From Tubulanus polymorphus (taxonomy: Eukaryota > Animalia > Nemertea), in the NCBI RefSeq assembly GCF_964204645.1, contig NC_134029.1, positions 16,176,950 to 16,240,949 of the forward strand: a stretch of 64,000 bases of DNA. The letters are read 5' to 3'. The notes beneath the pieces are model-generated. The model ran no database searches, had not been told where the DNA came from, and saw only the letters and a program-made list of their open reading frames with translations. A program made the translations under genes and the position numbers. Below, piece after piece: positions 35,701 through 45,404 of the stretch; the first letter of the stretch is position 1; every line of letters starts with the position of its first letter.

Positions 35701-38700
35701 CAAATCAGTAATTAAAGCTACCTTTAAAAAACTTGACCAGTAGACCTAGAGGGTTATCTCCTCTAAACATAAAATCATTGCATAATATATGAACAACCTA
35801 CCTACCAGATATAAAATGACAACTACACAGACGATCATGAGGACCCAGGTTCCAGTTTACTCTCCGAATTGCAGCTAACCATTTTTTTCTTCTGTCGACG
35901 TTAGCCGGGATTCTATAGAAATGTAGGCCTGTTGACCTGTCCTCACGGTTATGACAACCAACAGCAACACAATCTTTCCCCATCGTAGGTATTTAGAATT
36001 GTTATCAGACATTCAGACTGTATCAAATCGATTAAAAATGCCGATTTTGACGCAATTAATTCTACACTAAACGAGATTTTCACAAACCAGAAGGCTCCTC
36101 ACTAATCGCAGAGATAAAAAAATCTGTCCTCACCACGTGAAGACGGCAGCATGTTATGGGGAGTAATATTTTAAAGTTTTTCTCAGTTGATTTATCGGGT
36201 TGCTATCGGGTTCACTTGACGGCCAATATGGCAGCACAACCTTGCAGCGGAAGTCTTGTGACATCACATGAAGAACCTCTATATGTATGAAGTGTACCGG
36301 TATATGTATATGTCCATTTCAATAGATATTTCTGTGTTTAGTCTTTATCACGTTTATATCTAGTCTAATATAATCATTAAGTGATATTGTAGCTGTGATG
36401 CTATTCGCTAAATCTAAATCCTTAATTCACTTTCAGGTTAACCTACAATGAGGCTTTTGAAATAATGAGGAAAAATGCAGACAAATTTGAATCTGATGTA
36501 CAGGTATGATAACTAGGGGTCCAGGGACACCCTGCCCACTTGGGAAGAGGTTCCAAATGCTCAACAATCTAACAATCTTTCAATATTCAACGCCCCCTGG
36601 TGACCATATACAAAAACCAATGACCTTGAAACTCACCACAATCATAGAACATGTCAGCAGCTTCGATTTTGTAATTGATTGTGGTAACAAAATATGCCTC
36701 GTTACCAATTTAATATGGATATACTAAGTTATTCTACTATTTAACGCCCCCTGGTGACCATATTCAAAACCCAATGACCTCGAAACTTACCACATTCATA
36801 GAACATGTCATGAACTACAACTTTGCAATTGATCATGGTAACAAAATATGCCTAGGTACCAATATAATAAGGAAATATTAAGTTATTCTACTATTCAACG
36901 CCCCCTGGTGACCATAGAGAATAACCAATGTCCTTAAAACTCGCAACAATCATAGATGATGTCATGAGCTACAACTTTCCAATTGATTGTGGTTACAAAA
37001 TATGCATAGGTATGAATATAATATAGAAATGCTAGGATATTGTATTATTCAACGCCCCCTGGTGGCCATATACAAAATCCAATGACCTTGAAACTCACCA
37101 CAATCATAGAACACGTTATGAGCTAAAACTTTCTAAATTATTGTGGTAACAAAATACGCTTAAGCCTGGCGCACACGGGCGACAGTTTCGAGCAAATCTC
37201 GAGCAACCGCCCGAATTGCTCGGTGTCGAACGAAAAAATCGCTCGTCTGCGGCAAGGGGCGACAGCGATCGCTCGTTGTCGAAAGGAATTGCTCGTGTCG
37301 CCCAATATCAAACATGTTTGATATTGGGCGACGGAAAATTGCTTGTCGCCGAGAAATTGCTCGGCGATCGCTTGGGAGTTGCCCGTGTGCGGTAGCTGGA
37401 GACGCCAAGCAACGAGCACCTCATCAACCTAGCCAATGACTAAACGAATAATTATCATGTGATGCTTCCAAATACGGCATCACCCGGGTTAGTAGCGTGG
37501 CCATCTTGACAAGTCACATGATAAAAATGTTTGGCGCAAAAGATAATCGCCTCTCCGTCGCCAGTGGTCGCATACGGGCGACACCTAGCGATCGATTGCT
37601 CAACGGTTGCTCAAAAATCGGTCGCAGCAACCGGCGACTGAAAATTGCGTCGTGTGCGCCAGGCTTTAGGTATCAATATAATGTGGAAAAACTTTTTCCC
37701 ACTTACGAATGAGTACTGGTGACACCAAGATGGCCGCCAATTGCGTCATAATTGGCTGATGAAAAATACCTATCTCAGGTATAAAACATCCCTTTCCAAA
37801 GAATACCCATCACAAAATGCAATGAGAAATGGTAAACCAGTAGGAAGCTACAGGACTCAGAATTCGGGCCAAAATTAACATTTTTGGGCACTAAAAAGGT
37901 CATAGGACGGCCATCTTGAATCCGATCGACCCAATTTTTGTTATGCTGATGGACCCTGGGGGGCATATATCCAAAAGATCAAGGTAATTGATCGAAGCGT
38001 CTTCAAAATTTCCCTCAATAAGTTCAAAAAAGTGCTGATTTTGGCGAACATCAATGGCTGCCAGTCGGCCATCTTGAATCTGACAGGGCCAGTTTTTGGG
38101 CTGAAGATGTGTCTAGGGTACATACATGCGTAACCTAAATATCAAGACATTACCATGAAGCGTCTTCAAAACTTCCCAAAATAACTGTATTCCGTCTACG
38201 GACGGACGGACTACGGACGAAAAGTGAACGCAATAGCCCGCTGGGACTAAAGTCCCATGTGGGCTAAAAATGATATATATCGCAAATCAGAGGAAAAATA
38301 ATTAATTGAAAGCATTTGCTTCGGCCTGTGTCACTTAAAGAATTACAATTGTACTGTGTTAATAAAACAAGATCTCGAGACCACTGGACCTTTGGTCCTC
38401 GAGTATGGTACCCATATATTCCTACCTAAGGCCAAAAAAAAAGATGCCTTGTTTCTCATCACACTTTTGTTTTTTACCATGACGAGGGCGGGCGGTTTTT
38501 ATTTTTATGTACTTTTTTTTTTTAAAGTAGAAATAAAAAGAACTGTTTGAATTTTTTTTGGAGATGCGGGAGGTGTCTTTTTATTTTTATTATATCAATA
38601 AAAATATCCCTCTGACATATTTTCTTCAGATGCGGGAGGTAGTTTTTTATTTTTATTTAACTGGAAAATCACTGCTTAATCCTGAAAATGAAATTTCTTT

Positions 38701-41638
38701 TAAATCACTGATTACAGATGTCACAGGTATTGACTGGAAGTGACCTTCTACGGTCCTAGAAATATCGGCTTTCAGTAAATCTGGACACTCTATATACTTC
38801 TCGTGAACGTCACGCATTTCTTCACTAACTGTCAAGTTTGAGTTAGAACCGGCCGATGCATTTTCGACCAACGTAGTATTGGCTTCTTTTGGAATATTAT
38901 TTGAACAGATAGCAACATCTTGGACGCTATTAGCACCACATTTTACCAAGAGAAATCGCTTCGAAATAAGAATCACGCCAGAAATCAAGCTCCACAGCGA
39001 CCTTGGCATTTGACATTTAGGCCTACGGTAACCGACTCCGTTGATATGGGTTCGAGTCACCAGTGTGGTGCCGATGATATTTATACGATCAACTTTTCTC
39101 GATACGTTCATAGAGAAATAAAATGATAAAAAGATGACGATATGCGTATTATAACAATGCGGGCGGATTTTAATTTTTATAAAAAACAAATTCTTTTTCG
39201 AGCTATGATGCGGGAGGGCGGACTTTATTTTTATCGCTAATTTGCCGATGATTTTTCCGATGCGGGCGGGATTTCAAAATCATGAGAAACAAGACATCCT
39301 TTTTTTTTGGCCTAACTTAAAAAATTATGAAGTCCCTGTTGCTCCACGTAAGGAGTAACCATTTTCCAATGTATTCTTTTTCTATTTCTAGTATGGAAAT
39401 GATTTCACCAAAGAACAAGAAAGATTTCTCGTGTCACATTGTGGTGATGTACCGGTTTTTATTCATGACTTTCCTTGTCATTTAAAACCATTCTACTGCA
39501 AAAGAACAGCAAATGAAATTGTAAGTTGTTGCTATTTCACATAAAACCTATTGTTGTTCCCCTCATTTGAGATTCCCTGATTATTATATTCTAGCACTGC
39601 CATGCCGCGTCCGCTCTGTGGCGTCTGCCATCCCCTCGTTAGTGCGATACAGGCTGCAATTCTAGATGGATTTTTCTTGAACTTAGTGTCAGGATTGGGG
39701 CAGGAAAGATGTCCACCTCTATTGAAAATGAAGGTTATCAGCATCAAATATGGCCGCCAGGGCAGCCATCTTGAATTTTTTGCAATACAGTCTATCTTGA
39801 ATTTCTTGTTAGCGCGATACAGCCTATAATTCCAGAGGGATTATCATGAAAGTCATTCAGTAGGTTTGGTCAAGTGAGATGTCCACCCCTATTGAAAATT
39901 TATTATTGCAGAGACTAGTTGTGCCTCATATCATCAAGTTTGTTTTTCATTTGTTCTGTTGCAGGTGGAAGCTGTAGATCTGTTAACACCACTTGTAGGA
40001 GAATTATTTGGAGGAAGTCTAAGGGAAGACAATTACAACGTTCTTAAAGAGAGATTGGTTGAAGAAGATCAGCTCAACTCGCTGGGATGGTAGGAATGCT
40101 TAACACCCTTTTACTATTATACTGGGCCCCGTTTCATAGACTGAGTATCAAACTAATCCCTAGGGGTAAATCCTCAATCTGAGTGGCAATCACTGTGATG
40201 ACAATGAAAAACCATGGTTACAACTGATGAATTTCAAATGTTCCCAGGTATTATTTTCCTTCCACATCTATGAAACTCAGCCCTGGTGTAGGGTTTTTGG
40301 TATCCATTCTAGGAATCTCCACTTTCGAACTTAACACACGTGTTAAAGTTCCTATTATCCCTGGGTTGAAGTTCACAAATAACGGGGTCCAGGGAGACCA
40401 TGCCCACTTGGCGTTTTAAATGCTCAACAATCTAACAATTTCAATATTCAACACCCCTTGGTGACCATGTACAAAAACCAATGACCTTGAAACTCACTAC
40501 AATCATAGAACACGTCATGGGCTACAACTTTTTTCTAATTGATTGTGGTAACAAATTACGCTTAGGTATCAATATAAAAACTTTTTCCCACCTACGAAAT
40601 GAGTACTGATGACACCAAGATGGCCGCCAATTGCGCCATAATTGGCTGATCAAAAGTACCTGTCTCAGGTATAAAAAAAACTTTTCCAAAGAACACCCAT
40701 CACAAATTGCAATGAGAAATGGCAAACAAGTAGGAAGCTACAGGACTCAGAATTTGGGCACTAATAAGGTCATAGGACGGCCATCTTGAGTCCGATCAAC
40801 CCAATTTTTCTTATGCTGATGGGCCCTGGGGGATTCAAATATATAAGAAAGGTCGAGGTAATTGATCAAAGCTTCTTCAAAATTTCCCTCAGAAAGTTAA
40901 AAAATGTGTAATAAGTGCTGATTTTGGCGAACTTCTATGGCTGCCAGTCGGCCATCTTGATTCTGACATGGCCAGTTTTGGGCTGAAGATGTGTCTAGGG
41001 TAGATACATGTGTAACTCAAATATCAAGACATTACATTGAAGCATCTTCAAAAGTACCCAAAATAACTGGATTCCGTCTATGGACGGACGACGGACGAAA
41101 AGTGAACGCAATAGCCCGCTGGGACTAAAGTCCCAAGTGGGCTTATAAATATGTTAATGATTTTTATTTGGTTCATTCATTACTGAGAAATAAGTATTTT
41201 AATCGGCGAGTTTCAGCAGTATACCGAGCCATTATAACCAGTGTTATCACTGAATAACTTGCCATTATAGTGGCTAGCATGGGATTTGACTGCATCACGG
41301 AAATGTCTTGGGGCAGATTGAATTGTCTTTGTAGCAGTTATAAACCATTTAAGACAAAGTTTGCCGAGAATCAATGATCTTTTAAGATTTTCTTGGAGGG
41401 GATTGGCCTCCATGGGTATCTTACTGCTAGATGGACACAGAGATTGTGAAAAGAAGACTTGTAACGTATTGATTTCTGATTCGTGTATTCTAGGTACCTA
41501 GAACTGAGGAAGTTTGGCTCAACGCCTCACGGAGGCTTTGGAATGGGTTTTGAAAGATATCTTCAAACACTACTTGGTGTATCAAATATCAAAGATGTCA
41601 TTCCATTTCCAAGAGCAAGGAACCATTGCAAGATGTGA
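14666..41638 (+). CDS. NARS2: Mitochondrial asparaginyl-tRNA synthetase, spliced; 11 exons visible, N-terminal exons not in window
   Basis: Phase-compatible GT-AG exons join into an open class IIb AsnRS: [71 protein letters not shown]. Confidence 0.95.
15240..15380 (+). CDS. NARS2: NARS2 exon (141 bp)
   Basis: ctag|...|gtaagt; [47 protein letters not shown]. Confidence 0.93.
15882..15962 (+). CDS. NARS2: NARS2 exon (81 bp), motif 1
   Basis: tttag|...|gtaatt; [27 protein letters not shown]. Confidence 0.95.
15997..17019 (+). mobile_element. HINE copy 2 (complete)
   Basis: Same subTIR, (CCGT)n, ~120-bp units and 3' stem-loop as copy 1. Confidence 0.82.
17171..18596. mobile_element. Non-autonomous DNA transposon with long TIRs built of 31-bp tandem units; IS3EU-like
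   Basis: TATGGCGGCTGATAAGGGCC...GGCCCTTATCAGCCGCCATA termini; 6-bp TSD GTATAT (17165-17170, 18597-18602). Confidence 0.8.
18706..18812 (+). CDS. NARS2: NARS2 exon (107 bp)
   Basis: tgtag|...|gtaagt; [35 protein letters not shown]. Confidence 0.92.
19196..19328 (+). CDS. NARS2: NARS2 exon (133 bp), motif 2
   Basis: ttcag|...|gtaggt; [44 protein letters not shown]. Confidence 0.95.
19768..19942. mobile_element. Tc1/mariner (pogo/Tigger-like) MITE
   Basis: TA|CAGTCAACCTCTGATATACCGCC ... GGCGGTATATCAGGGGTTGACTG|TA. Confidence 0.85.
20096..20197 (+). CDS. NARS2: NARS2 exon (102 bp)
   Basis: tgcag|...|gtaaaa; [34 protein letters not shown]; phases fit. Confidence 0.88.
21274..22277 (+). mobile_element. 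Degenerate, internally deleted piggyBac-like element
   Basis: TTAA|CTCTTTCAATCCCAC versus GTGGTATTGAAAGTTT end; acidic N-terminal remnant [28 protein letters not shown]. Confidence 0.45.
23289..23429 (+). repeat. DIRS left ITR
   Basis: Reverse complement of the inner ~125 bp of the right ITR with a few mismatches. Confidence 0.92.
23628..25802 (+). pseudogene. DIRS ORF1 (gag-like; N-terminal Cys/His cluster, Arg/Ser-rich middle), broken by stops/frameshifts
   Basis: MPPPPK...CGH...HDSCASC...[13 protein letters not shown], typical DIRS ORF1 start; 3' boundary approximate. Confidence 0.7.
25834..27865 (+). pseudogene. DIRS ORF2: RT, RNase H, Dam-like methyltransferase domain
   Basis: [61 protein letters not shown]; stop at 27139-27141, frameshift near 27395. 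Confidence 0.92.
27680..28854 (+). pseudogene. DIRS tyrosine recombinase
   Basis: [44 protein letters not shown]; frameshift before the catalytic Tyr region; start approximate. Confidence 0.9.
29035..29131 (+). repeat. DIRS internal complementary region (ICR)
   Basis: First half complements the outer edge of the left ITR, second half complements the outer edge of the right terminus; junction AATATT. Confidence 0.93.
29187..29354 (+). repeat. DIRS right ITR with 3' extension
   Basis: Inverted copy of the left ITR plus tail matched by the ICR. Confidence 0.92.
29355..30694 (+). mobile_element. HINE copy 3 (3' part only, interrupted by a hAT element, 3' end duplicated)
   Basis: ~120-bp units; 3' terminus at ~30595 and again at ~30694. 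Confidence 0.78.
29458..30263. mobile_element. Non-autonomous hAT-like element with 6-bp TSD
   Basis: TIR CAGGGATGAAAA / TTTTCATCCCTG; flanked by TTCCTT on both sides; removing it restores a HINE unit. Confidence 0.75.
30728..30765 (+). CDS. NARS2: NARS2 short exon (38 bp)
   Basis: ttaag|...|gtatgt; [12 protein letters not shown](R); supplies the required phase 0 to phase 2 link. Confidence 0.8.
31646..34241 (+). pseudogene. SWIM finger + YqaJ (lambda-like) exonuclease + PHD finger; exons ~31646-31984, 32343-32907, 33121-33310, 33540-34241
   Basis: [74 protein letters not shown]...WHCPHC; stops and frameshifts. Confidence 0.88.
34345..35983 (-). pseudogene. THAP + DDE_Tnp_4 transposase (exon 35983-35806, exon from 35662)
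   Basis: CVAVGC...FYRIP...W...LCSCHF; [41 protein letters not shown]; A/T-run disruption near 35200-35240. Confidence 0.9.
36437..36503 (+). CDS. NARS2: NARS2 exon (67 bp)
   Basis: ttcag|...|gtatga; [22 protein letters not shown]. Confidence 0.9.
36512..38270 (-). mobile_element. HINE copy 4 (complete, longer tandem array, contains a MITE)
   Basis: Reverse complement of the HINE structure. Confidence 0.82.
37163..37665. mobile_element. PIF/Harbinger-type MITE
   Basis: TIR AGCCTGGCGCACACG, TSD TTA; removal restores the HINE unit. Confidence 0.85.
38430..39312. mobile_element. Non-autonomous TIR element, 3-bp TAA TSD (Harbinger-like)
   Basis: GGCCAAAAAAAAAGATGCCTTGTTTCTCAT and its inverse; subterminal GATGCGGGAGG repeats. 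Confidence 0.75.
39392..39520 (+). CDS. NARS2: NARS2 exon (129 bp)
   Basis: tctag|...|gtaagt; [43 protein letters not shown]. Confidence 0.95.
39965..40089 (+). CDS. NARS2: NARS2 exon (125 bp)
   Basis: tgcag|...|gtagga; [41 protein letters not shown](W). Confidence 0.95.
40383..41144 (-). mobile_element. HINE copy 5 (short array)
   Basis: Both termini and (GGAC)n on the + strand; only about one tandem unit. Confidence 0.8.
41494..41638 (+). CDS. NARS2: NARS2 last coding exon, motif 3
   Basis: tctag|g; [47 protein letters not shown]. Confidence 0.96.
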
Positions 41639-41777
41639 TATATGATGATATGATGAAGATTTTTTTTAGAAGAAAAGTGTTTTGTAAAAATTATTTCTTA
41701 ACATTGTAAAAAAATGTATGGCGAAAAAAATATACCTTGTTTCTCATTTCTGGCCAGGTGCGAAAATCTTAGGCTTA

Positions 41778-42290
41778 AGCCACACCAAAAAAATTCCTGT
41801 TTCTCAGGTGGGGCAATCACCAAAATGGGTAGGTAGGTAGGGAATTTTTTTTTCTTTCCTACAGAAAAAAAATTTTGGTCATTCTAACAGTGGGTAGGTC
41901 GACGTAAATTATTTTTACCAGACCAAATTTTTAGTAAGGAATATGATTAACAGGTAGTAGACCACAATAATAAAAGGAAATTTAAGTGTTAGTTGTCTGA
42001 GCATGGCTGCACCATTTCCAGAATCAACTTGTTAAATCCGATGTAATAGAATATCTTTATGTTGACCTCCGTGCTGACATCAGAGTTGATAAAAACGAAA
42101 AAAATATTAACGAGAAATGAGAGTTTGGTAGTCGGGCGGCCACATATATATTTCTAAAAAAAGTTATTCCACCCAAAATTTTGAAAAAGGCTTGGTAGGC
42201 GATAATATTTTATTCTGAAAATTATTATTTGAAACGACGAAATATCGGATCGGTAGGGCCCGAGAAACAGGGTTTTCTTTTGGTGTGGCC
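41778..42290. mobile_element. MITE with TTA TSD (Harbinger-like)
   Basis: (A/G)GCCACACCAAAA...CCTGTTTCTC and inverse GAGAAACAGG...TTTTGGTGTGGCC. Confidence 0.72.
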
Positions 42291-43794
42291 TTAGAGACTT
42301 AAAAATCTGCTGGCTGAAAATTAGTTCCTGGATTATAAGAAATAAAATAAAACCCAAAGGGTGTCATAATTATTTACGTCAAAAACCACATAAATTGGGT
42401 ATGTTAAGTAGAATTTACACTTTCAAGTATATACATGTACAAGTATACGAAAATTTCCCTTTAAAACAGTTGGAATGTACAGTAGTCTAGCATCTAGCCG
42501 TTGTTGTAGGGGACCGTAACAACGTCTGGTATTCAGACTACAGTTTTCATGGGCGTCCCTGTAGGGGGGTTCGGCCTCAGATTGCACCAGACCGCCCCAA
42601 CTTGCACGAAATTTTCAAAAATTTTCTGGGGAGGACCCCCTATTCATAAAAACGAACAAAGAATCTTGGAGACGCCCATGGTATTTGATGCATTTTTCTG
42701 TGAATTGTTTTAATAAAAAATTAAGTTACTCAAATTACTACTGTAGTTGCAGAATCAATCAGTTTTCTTTTTCTTTGAGGACTTTTCAAAATTTGCCAGT
42801 GTAAAGGTCCTCACATATTGGAGGTCACATCACTGTACCTGGACCAGTACAGAATCATTCATCACCAGCACAGTTTGAACTTAGGCCTAGGTCTTTAAAT
42901 ATATGACAGCTGTAAGTGAGGGATTTCGATAGATGCTAAGCAGGAAGGTTAGCTCGGACAAATACCCAGTACACCGATGTTTGCATCATCTAAGTCGGGA
43001 GTTTTGTATGATATCTGATATCATATAACGTCCAACAGACATAAAACATTGACTCTGGGATCTGTTCAACTGTGTCCGTTTCCGGAAGGAGAAGTCTATG
43101 TGAGACATAAACAAAACAAACGGGCACAACAGCTTTTTGAAACATGTTATTAAAAAAGTCTACAGCACAACACGTTTCAGAAGGCCGTTGTGCGTGTTTG
43201 TCATGTTTTTCGTCGTCACGAATGAGTGAAAAGATAATCGCCCGAATTTCCCTTGTTTTAGCTCATAAAAATCTCATTTTTACTCATACCAGTTTCAGTT
43301 CGAATGGCCCGTCATAACGCCAAACACTGGTGCACCGACAAATTCGACCTAACGCGCTCTACCGTCAAACGATGGATGAATTTTATTCGGCGCTATTAAG
43401 TTCTAGTTGTTTGCAGCAGTCAAAATTTAGTGGACGAACTATTATTCCAAACGCTTTCGAGATTCACTGTCTTTGAGTCGATCGGCTATTTCGTGCAGTT
43501 GTGACGTCACAGATTGAGTTGCTAAGTAGCTGTCGTCGTAGTTTCTACCGTCCTTACACCGGTCGTTGGGCCACAACTCGCAAAAAATGGTCGTCGCTTT
43601 TCATATACGAAGAGATATGACAATGATTCCTGGTCAAGTTATCGCAATTTGTCCGTTGGCGGGACTAAAGCGTTTTAATTAGCAGGCGGTGAAGCTTAGA
43701 AGGTTTGTGCCGCAAATATGACTTATGAAATACGAAAAATAAACTAATACGATCTAATGAGATATTCAAAAGCGGTACATTTTTTTGTTTTGTT

Positions 43795-43905
43795 GTCTAC
43801 GGCCATACCACGTTGAAAGCACCGGTTCTCGTCCGATCACTGAAGTTAAGCAACGTCGGGCCTGGTTAGAACATGTATGGGTGACCGCCTGGGAATACCG
43901 GGTGT
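43795..43905 (+). rRNA. 5S: 5S rRNA gene copy, 3'-truncated, probably a pseudogene
   Basis: GTCTACGGCCATACCACGTTGAAAGCACCGGTTCTCGTCCGATCAC...GTGACCGCCTGGGAATACCGGGTG; last ~9 nt missing, substitutions in the internal control region. Confidence 0.9.
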
Positions 43906-44045
43906 ACCCCAGGCGGTCACCCATCCTAAGTTCTAACCGGATGCGACGTTAATATTTTATGTACCGTCCATCTTCACCCGTCAAGGGATTCGAACCCACT
44001 ACGCTAAAGCTGTTCGCCGAACCCCTTGACCTCACGAGTCGTTGG
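43906..44045 (-). ncRNA. tRNA-like head + 5S 3' fragment (SINE-like composite)
   Basis: Minus strand has B box GGTTCGAATCCC, then AACGTCGCATCCGGTTAGAACTTAGGATGGGTGACCGCCTGGG (5S ICR). Confidence 0.5.
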
Positions 44046-44976
44046 AGTCGTTACTAGCCGACCAGAATCCGGTCGTACCAATCACAGCGCTTGTAACAAA
44101 CGACTTTAGGCTTCTATCGGTTTTCCCGTTAAATAGACCAATCAGCGAACGTTTTACTGAACGAGGAAGTATTTCGCAAATCGACATGGAGCAGAGCACT
44201 TTTTCAAAGGGTTCACATAAAAATGTCCTCTAAGAACTGAGGTAAATGGAAATTTTGTCAGTACCGTAACGTAAAATCATGAGTGGAAAAAACAGTGAAT
44301 ATTAGAAATAATGTCAGTTTCAAAAGCAATTTTATACTGTCTGTTACTAATCATTTTGAATATATGCTGCTTTTTTAAGTTCAGATAATGTAAAAACATT
44401 TTCTAAAACTATAAAAGTCATATGTGAGAGTTAATGAACCAGGCCTCTTCAATAGAATTCCATTCTTGATTAATCTAATCATTCAATTTTAAGTTTTTTT
44501 GCATCCCAATCATTAATCAACAATCCATTTTTACTAGAGGTTTGAAAAAGAAAGACTTTGATCCGTTTTGAATATAATGAGTAATTTACATCTGTTATGG
44601 TACTGACATACCACTTTAATAGTCGTTACGGTACTGACATATTTGTTATGGTACTGACAAGTCACTGAGACACAACGATTGTGTAAACTTCTGGAAGAAA
44701 TCTTTTATTATAATAACACAGGAATTCATTAAAAATATAACAAAATGATAAAATCTGAAAATACTTCGAAATAACTTCGAAAAATACTGTAACGTTAAGA
44801 AAAAACATTCAACGTACTAACTTACAAACGTTTTCATAAACATCATATAGATGATTAAGTGAACTCACCTACATGTAGTAGGTAATACATGTACTTATAA
44901 CAACTAGAAACATGACCCAAGAATTTTCTTTATTAATACTCAAACTACGCAAACTGTCTATGTACATGTATGGGCA

Positions 44977-45309
44977 CATCCTCGCTTGCCAGTGTTTGAT
45001 TGCCGCCCGCTGAAGCTCACGCCAACACAAACCCTTCATTGGTCTATTACATCGCCCACGATTTCTTGGGTGGACAGGTGCCCGCTTAGCGCCCATCAGT
45101 CTATATATCTAGCCAATCAGATGCGCGGTATTTATCAAGCAAACTTGCCGGTAAAAATAATGCATCTGATTGGCTAGATATATAGACTGGTGGGCGCTGA
45201 GCGTTCACCTGTCCGCCCAAGAAATTGTGGTTGATGTAATAGACCAATAAAGGGTTTGTGTTGGCGTGAGCTTCAGCGGGCGGCAATTAAACTCTTGCAA
45301 ACGAGGATG
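44977..45309. repeat. ~333-bp fold-back palindrome (MITE-like)
   Basis: CATCCTCGCTTGC...CTAGCCAATCAGATGC mirrored by GCATCTGATTGGCTAG...GCAAACGAGGATG. Confidence 0.88.
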
Positions 45310-45404
45310 GTATAAGTAGGGCCTACAAAAGCCTTGTAGGAATATGAAAATTAGTCACGAACTTGGTCACGAATTAACCAATATTTGTCAGTTATTTTTA
45401 TATT

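Larger units (their letters stand above)
31546..36280. mobile_element. ISL2EU/IS4EU (Harbinger-related) DNA transposon with two convergent genes
   Basis: TIR AGAGGTTCTTCA at both ends, AT TSD, THAP-DDE transposase plus YqaJ exonuclease gene. Confidence 0.9.

Noticed and set aside
42548-42680. CATGGGCGTC inverted ends suggesting a hAT MITE
   Set aside because: Short TIR and no TSD
44060-44233. CCAAT/ETS-rich promoter-like stretch with ATG GAG CAG
   Set aside because: The ORF closes after 15 codons and no gene could be linked to it
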